DNA of 54,668 nucleotides from Nemertoderma westbladi (Eukaryota > Animalia > Xenacoelomorpha). The translations under genes and the position numbers were made by a program. Below are positions 52,674-54,668 of the stretch, one piece after another. Where the stretch lies: contig JAUCBJ010009013.1 of the NCBI GenBank assembly GCA_032718475.1, positions 1-54,668 of the forward strand, in the 5' to 3' direction. Position 1 is the first letter of the stretch, and each line of letters opens with the position of its first letter. The notes beneath the pieces are model-generated. The model was given only the letters and a program-made list of their open reading frames with translations, did no database searches and was not told the DNA's origin.

Positions 52674-54206
52674 ATGAGCTCAACTAGAAATTGCAAATCG
52701 ACATGCCATTCCCAGGAGGATAAACCAACGCGACTTTGTAGTACAGAAACGAAGGAACTAAAGAGAAGTTTAGTGAATGACCTCCGCGAATCAGGTATTC
52801 TTTCCAAGAAAGCCAAGTATATCTGCTCATCATGTATCGAAAAATCCAAACAATTGATGAACAAGGATTATTGCGAACCCAAAGTTTCTGTAATCGAAAT
52901 CGAACACGAAACAATGTTTGGTAATAAATTTAATTTAGAAAATCAAACTGCAGGCGGTACTGGTAATCATGATGAGTATTTAAAGGTGGCGAAGCAACTG
53001 CGTGATTTGTCTGTTGCTGCAGCTAATGAACTGACAGATTGCGACACAAACAAACTCGAACAACTAAACAATTACGACCCCGATAAAATTATTCCACACG
53101 GAAGCTTGCGTAAATTTTTATTCCAGTTATGTGGTGTAAATAATGATGATGTAGCTGCAGATGGAACTTCTAAAGTTGTTACAGTGGGTCGTTGTAACAA
53201 TGATATTGTGCGGCAAAAGATTATTGCTGTAAAAATATTCGAACTGTTACTCAGTTCTACTAATAAAAGATACTGCGGTGTCCAAGCAACATTAGAAAGT
53301 ATGGTGTGTTACTCAGTTGATAATTCTAAATTTTCTCAGCAAATTCGCTCGAATTGTTCAGCACACCCAAGTTACACGAAGCTGCTTTCGTTGCTAAAGG
53401 AGGGACCATCAACCAAAGACAAGCTCAGTGCTGGAGACACAATTGTAGTGTTTGACAATAACCAATTTATAGGTAAAACTTACCATGTTTATAACCATAA
53501 TTCACAACCAATATCCAAAGTCTGTTCCGTTATTTCTATAACCAACCCTGTAAGTAACCTGCAGTATAGAGCGCTAAATTACATAGATATTGATACCCCT
53601 GAAGCGGGTTTGACACTTGTAAACCGTTTTTTTGAACATTATAAAGAATTATTTCGAGAAATAAGGAATAAGTATTTATTCGGGGAATTGCGTGGGATAC
53701 TAAACAATAACAGTTATCTTTTCACCGACGGTAACTATTCGAGATTACTGAATGATGTAGTAGCTAATGGGACTATTAAGGAGCCTGCTTCAGCTTCGTA
53801 CGTACCACTAAATGTTCATAGTCCGCTTCCACAAGATCCGGGAAGTTATAAAAATGTAACAAGGACTGTGGAAGAAGTAATCAACATGATGAGAAAAGAT
53901 CCCGATAGGAAATGGATTGCTCTGGCGATGGATGGACTGCCGATGTCCTTATTATTGTCACTTCTTCCAGAAAATTCAGAATGGCTTAACCAACTTCTAT
54001 TAATCCCTGGCTACGCTCATATGGAACACACAATGCTCAAAGCTGTCATTTCGGCGGGTTGGGACCTCCTTTTTAAGAAGTTTGCCATGATGAGTGGATT
54101 TGTCACTGAGAAAGCCTTACATTATTTTAAAGAAGCAAAAGATCACCACAAGGCATGGGAATCGCTACAAGTTGTTCTAACAGGTTTGTATCTTTCTAAT
54201 GTATAA
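52674..54206 (+). CDS. Putative Academ-like (DUF6589-type) transposase, probably continuing after an intron
   Basis: N-terminal Cys cluster, FDNNQ, AMDGLP, LIPGYAHME..MLK and DHHKAW. Possible donor AG|GTTTGT near 54184. Confidence 0.5.
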   Translation: MSSTRNCKSTCHSQEDKPTRLCSTETKELKRSLVNDLRESGILSKKAKYICSSCIEKSKQLMNKDYCEPKVSVIEIEHETMFGNKFNLENQTAGGTGNHDEYLKVAKQLRDLSVAAANELTDCDTNKLEQLNNYDPDKIIPHGSLRKFLFQLCGVNNDDVAADGTSKVVTVGRCNNDIVRQKIIAVKIFELLLSSTNKRYCGVQATLESMVCYSVDNSKFSQQIRSNCSAHPSYTKLLSLLKEGPSTKDKLSAGDTIVVFDNNQFIGKTYHVYNHNSQPISKVCSVISITNPVSNLQYRALNYIDIDTPEAGLTLVNRFFEHYKELFREIRNKYLFGELRGILNNNSYLFTDGNYSRLLNDVVANGTIKEPASASYVPLNVHSPLPQDPGSYKNVTRTVEEVINMMRKDPDRKWIALAMDGLPMSLLLSLLPENSEWLNQLLLIPGYAHMEHTMLKAVISAGWDLLFKKFAMMSGFVTEKALHYFKEAKDHHKAWESLQVVLTGLYLSNV

Positions 54207-54668
54207 TAATACAGTAATAGACGGGCAGGAGTAGAACGATTTTTAATTAATTTATTTGTTGTAAGTCACTTTGTTTTTTAAAATTCGTTAACAAGTTTGA
54301 CAAAAAAGGAACACTTTTTTGTTAAAATGTACCAATTAAATTTGAAAGTAATTTCCATAACATTAATAAATAATATTGCATTTAAATAGATAGCGCTGAG
54401 CTGATGGTATACACAGGTTATTTAATATTCTAGAATATTATAATATCATAATTGGTTCCATATTACCTATTCTGCTATTTCACTAATTATGATTGTGGCT
54501 CTGGTTAGGCGACTTTGTACATTATTTCATTATCAAATCATTATCATCATAAGACTGAGCGGCAGTTTGTTTGGTTGATGCAAGTATTACTATTTCAGTA
54601 TTTGGTTTGCATTTGTCAATCACACAATAAAAAAGGTTTTTCCCTTACTGCAGTGCGCTTTTAACTTA

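Noticed and set aside
1-54668. Uni-strand piRNA cluster
   Set aside because: Element orientations are mixed, and this cannot be supported without small-RNA data.

Overview
AT-rich eukaryotic DNA, most likely from an invertebrate animal, made almost entirely of nested and decayed mobile elements, with no recognisable host gene. Recognisable parts: two BEL/Pao LTR retrotransposons in convergent orientation, a CR1/L2-type LINE, RTE-type 3' tails, a CRE-like RLE retrotransposon with a Pro-rich repeat inserted in its RT, a Chapaev3 fragment, a near-complete EnSpm/CACTA element, an Academ-like transposase, SGNH-hydrolase relics and a 2.5-kb minisatellite. The most unusual part is 394-19899. It holds two divergent tyrosine-recombinase pseudogenes (one as C2H2-YR-SET) and a spliced Cys-motif gene, and it lies between two copies of one LTR with an 'inside-out' ATAGG duplication. 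That suggests a circular or tandemly duplicated YR element. A second highlight is a candidate negative-strand RNA virus nucleoprotein fragment fused to a BEL integrase. All family calls come from motif recognition by eye; no database searches were run.
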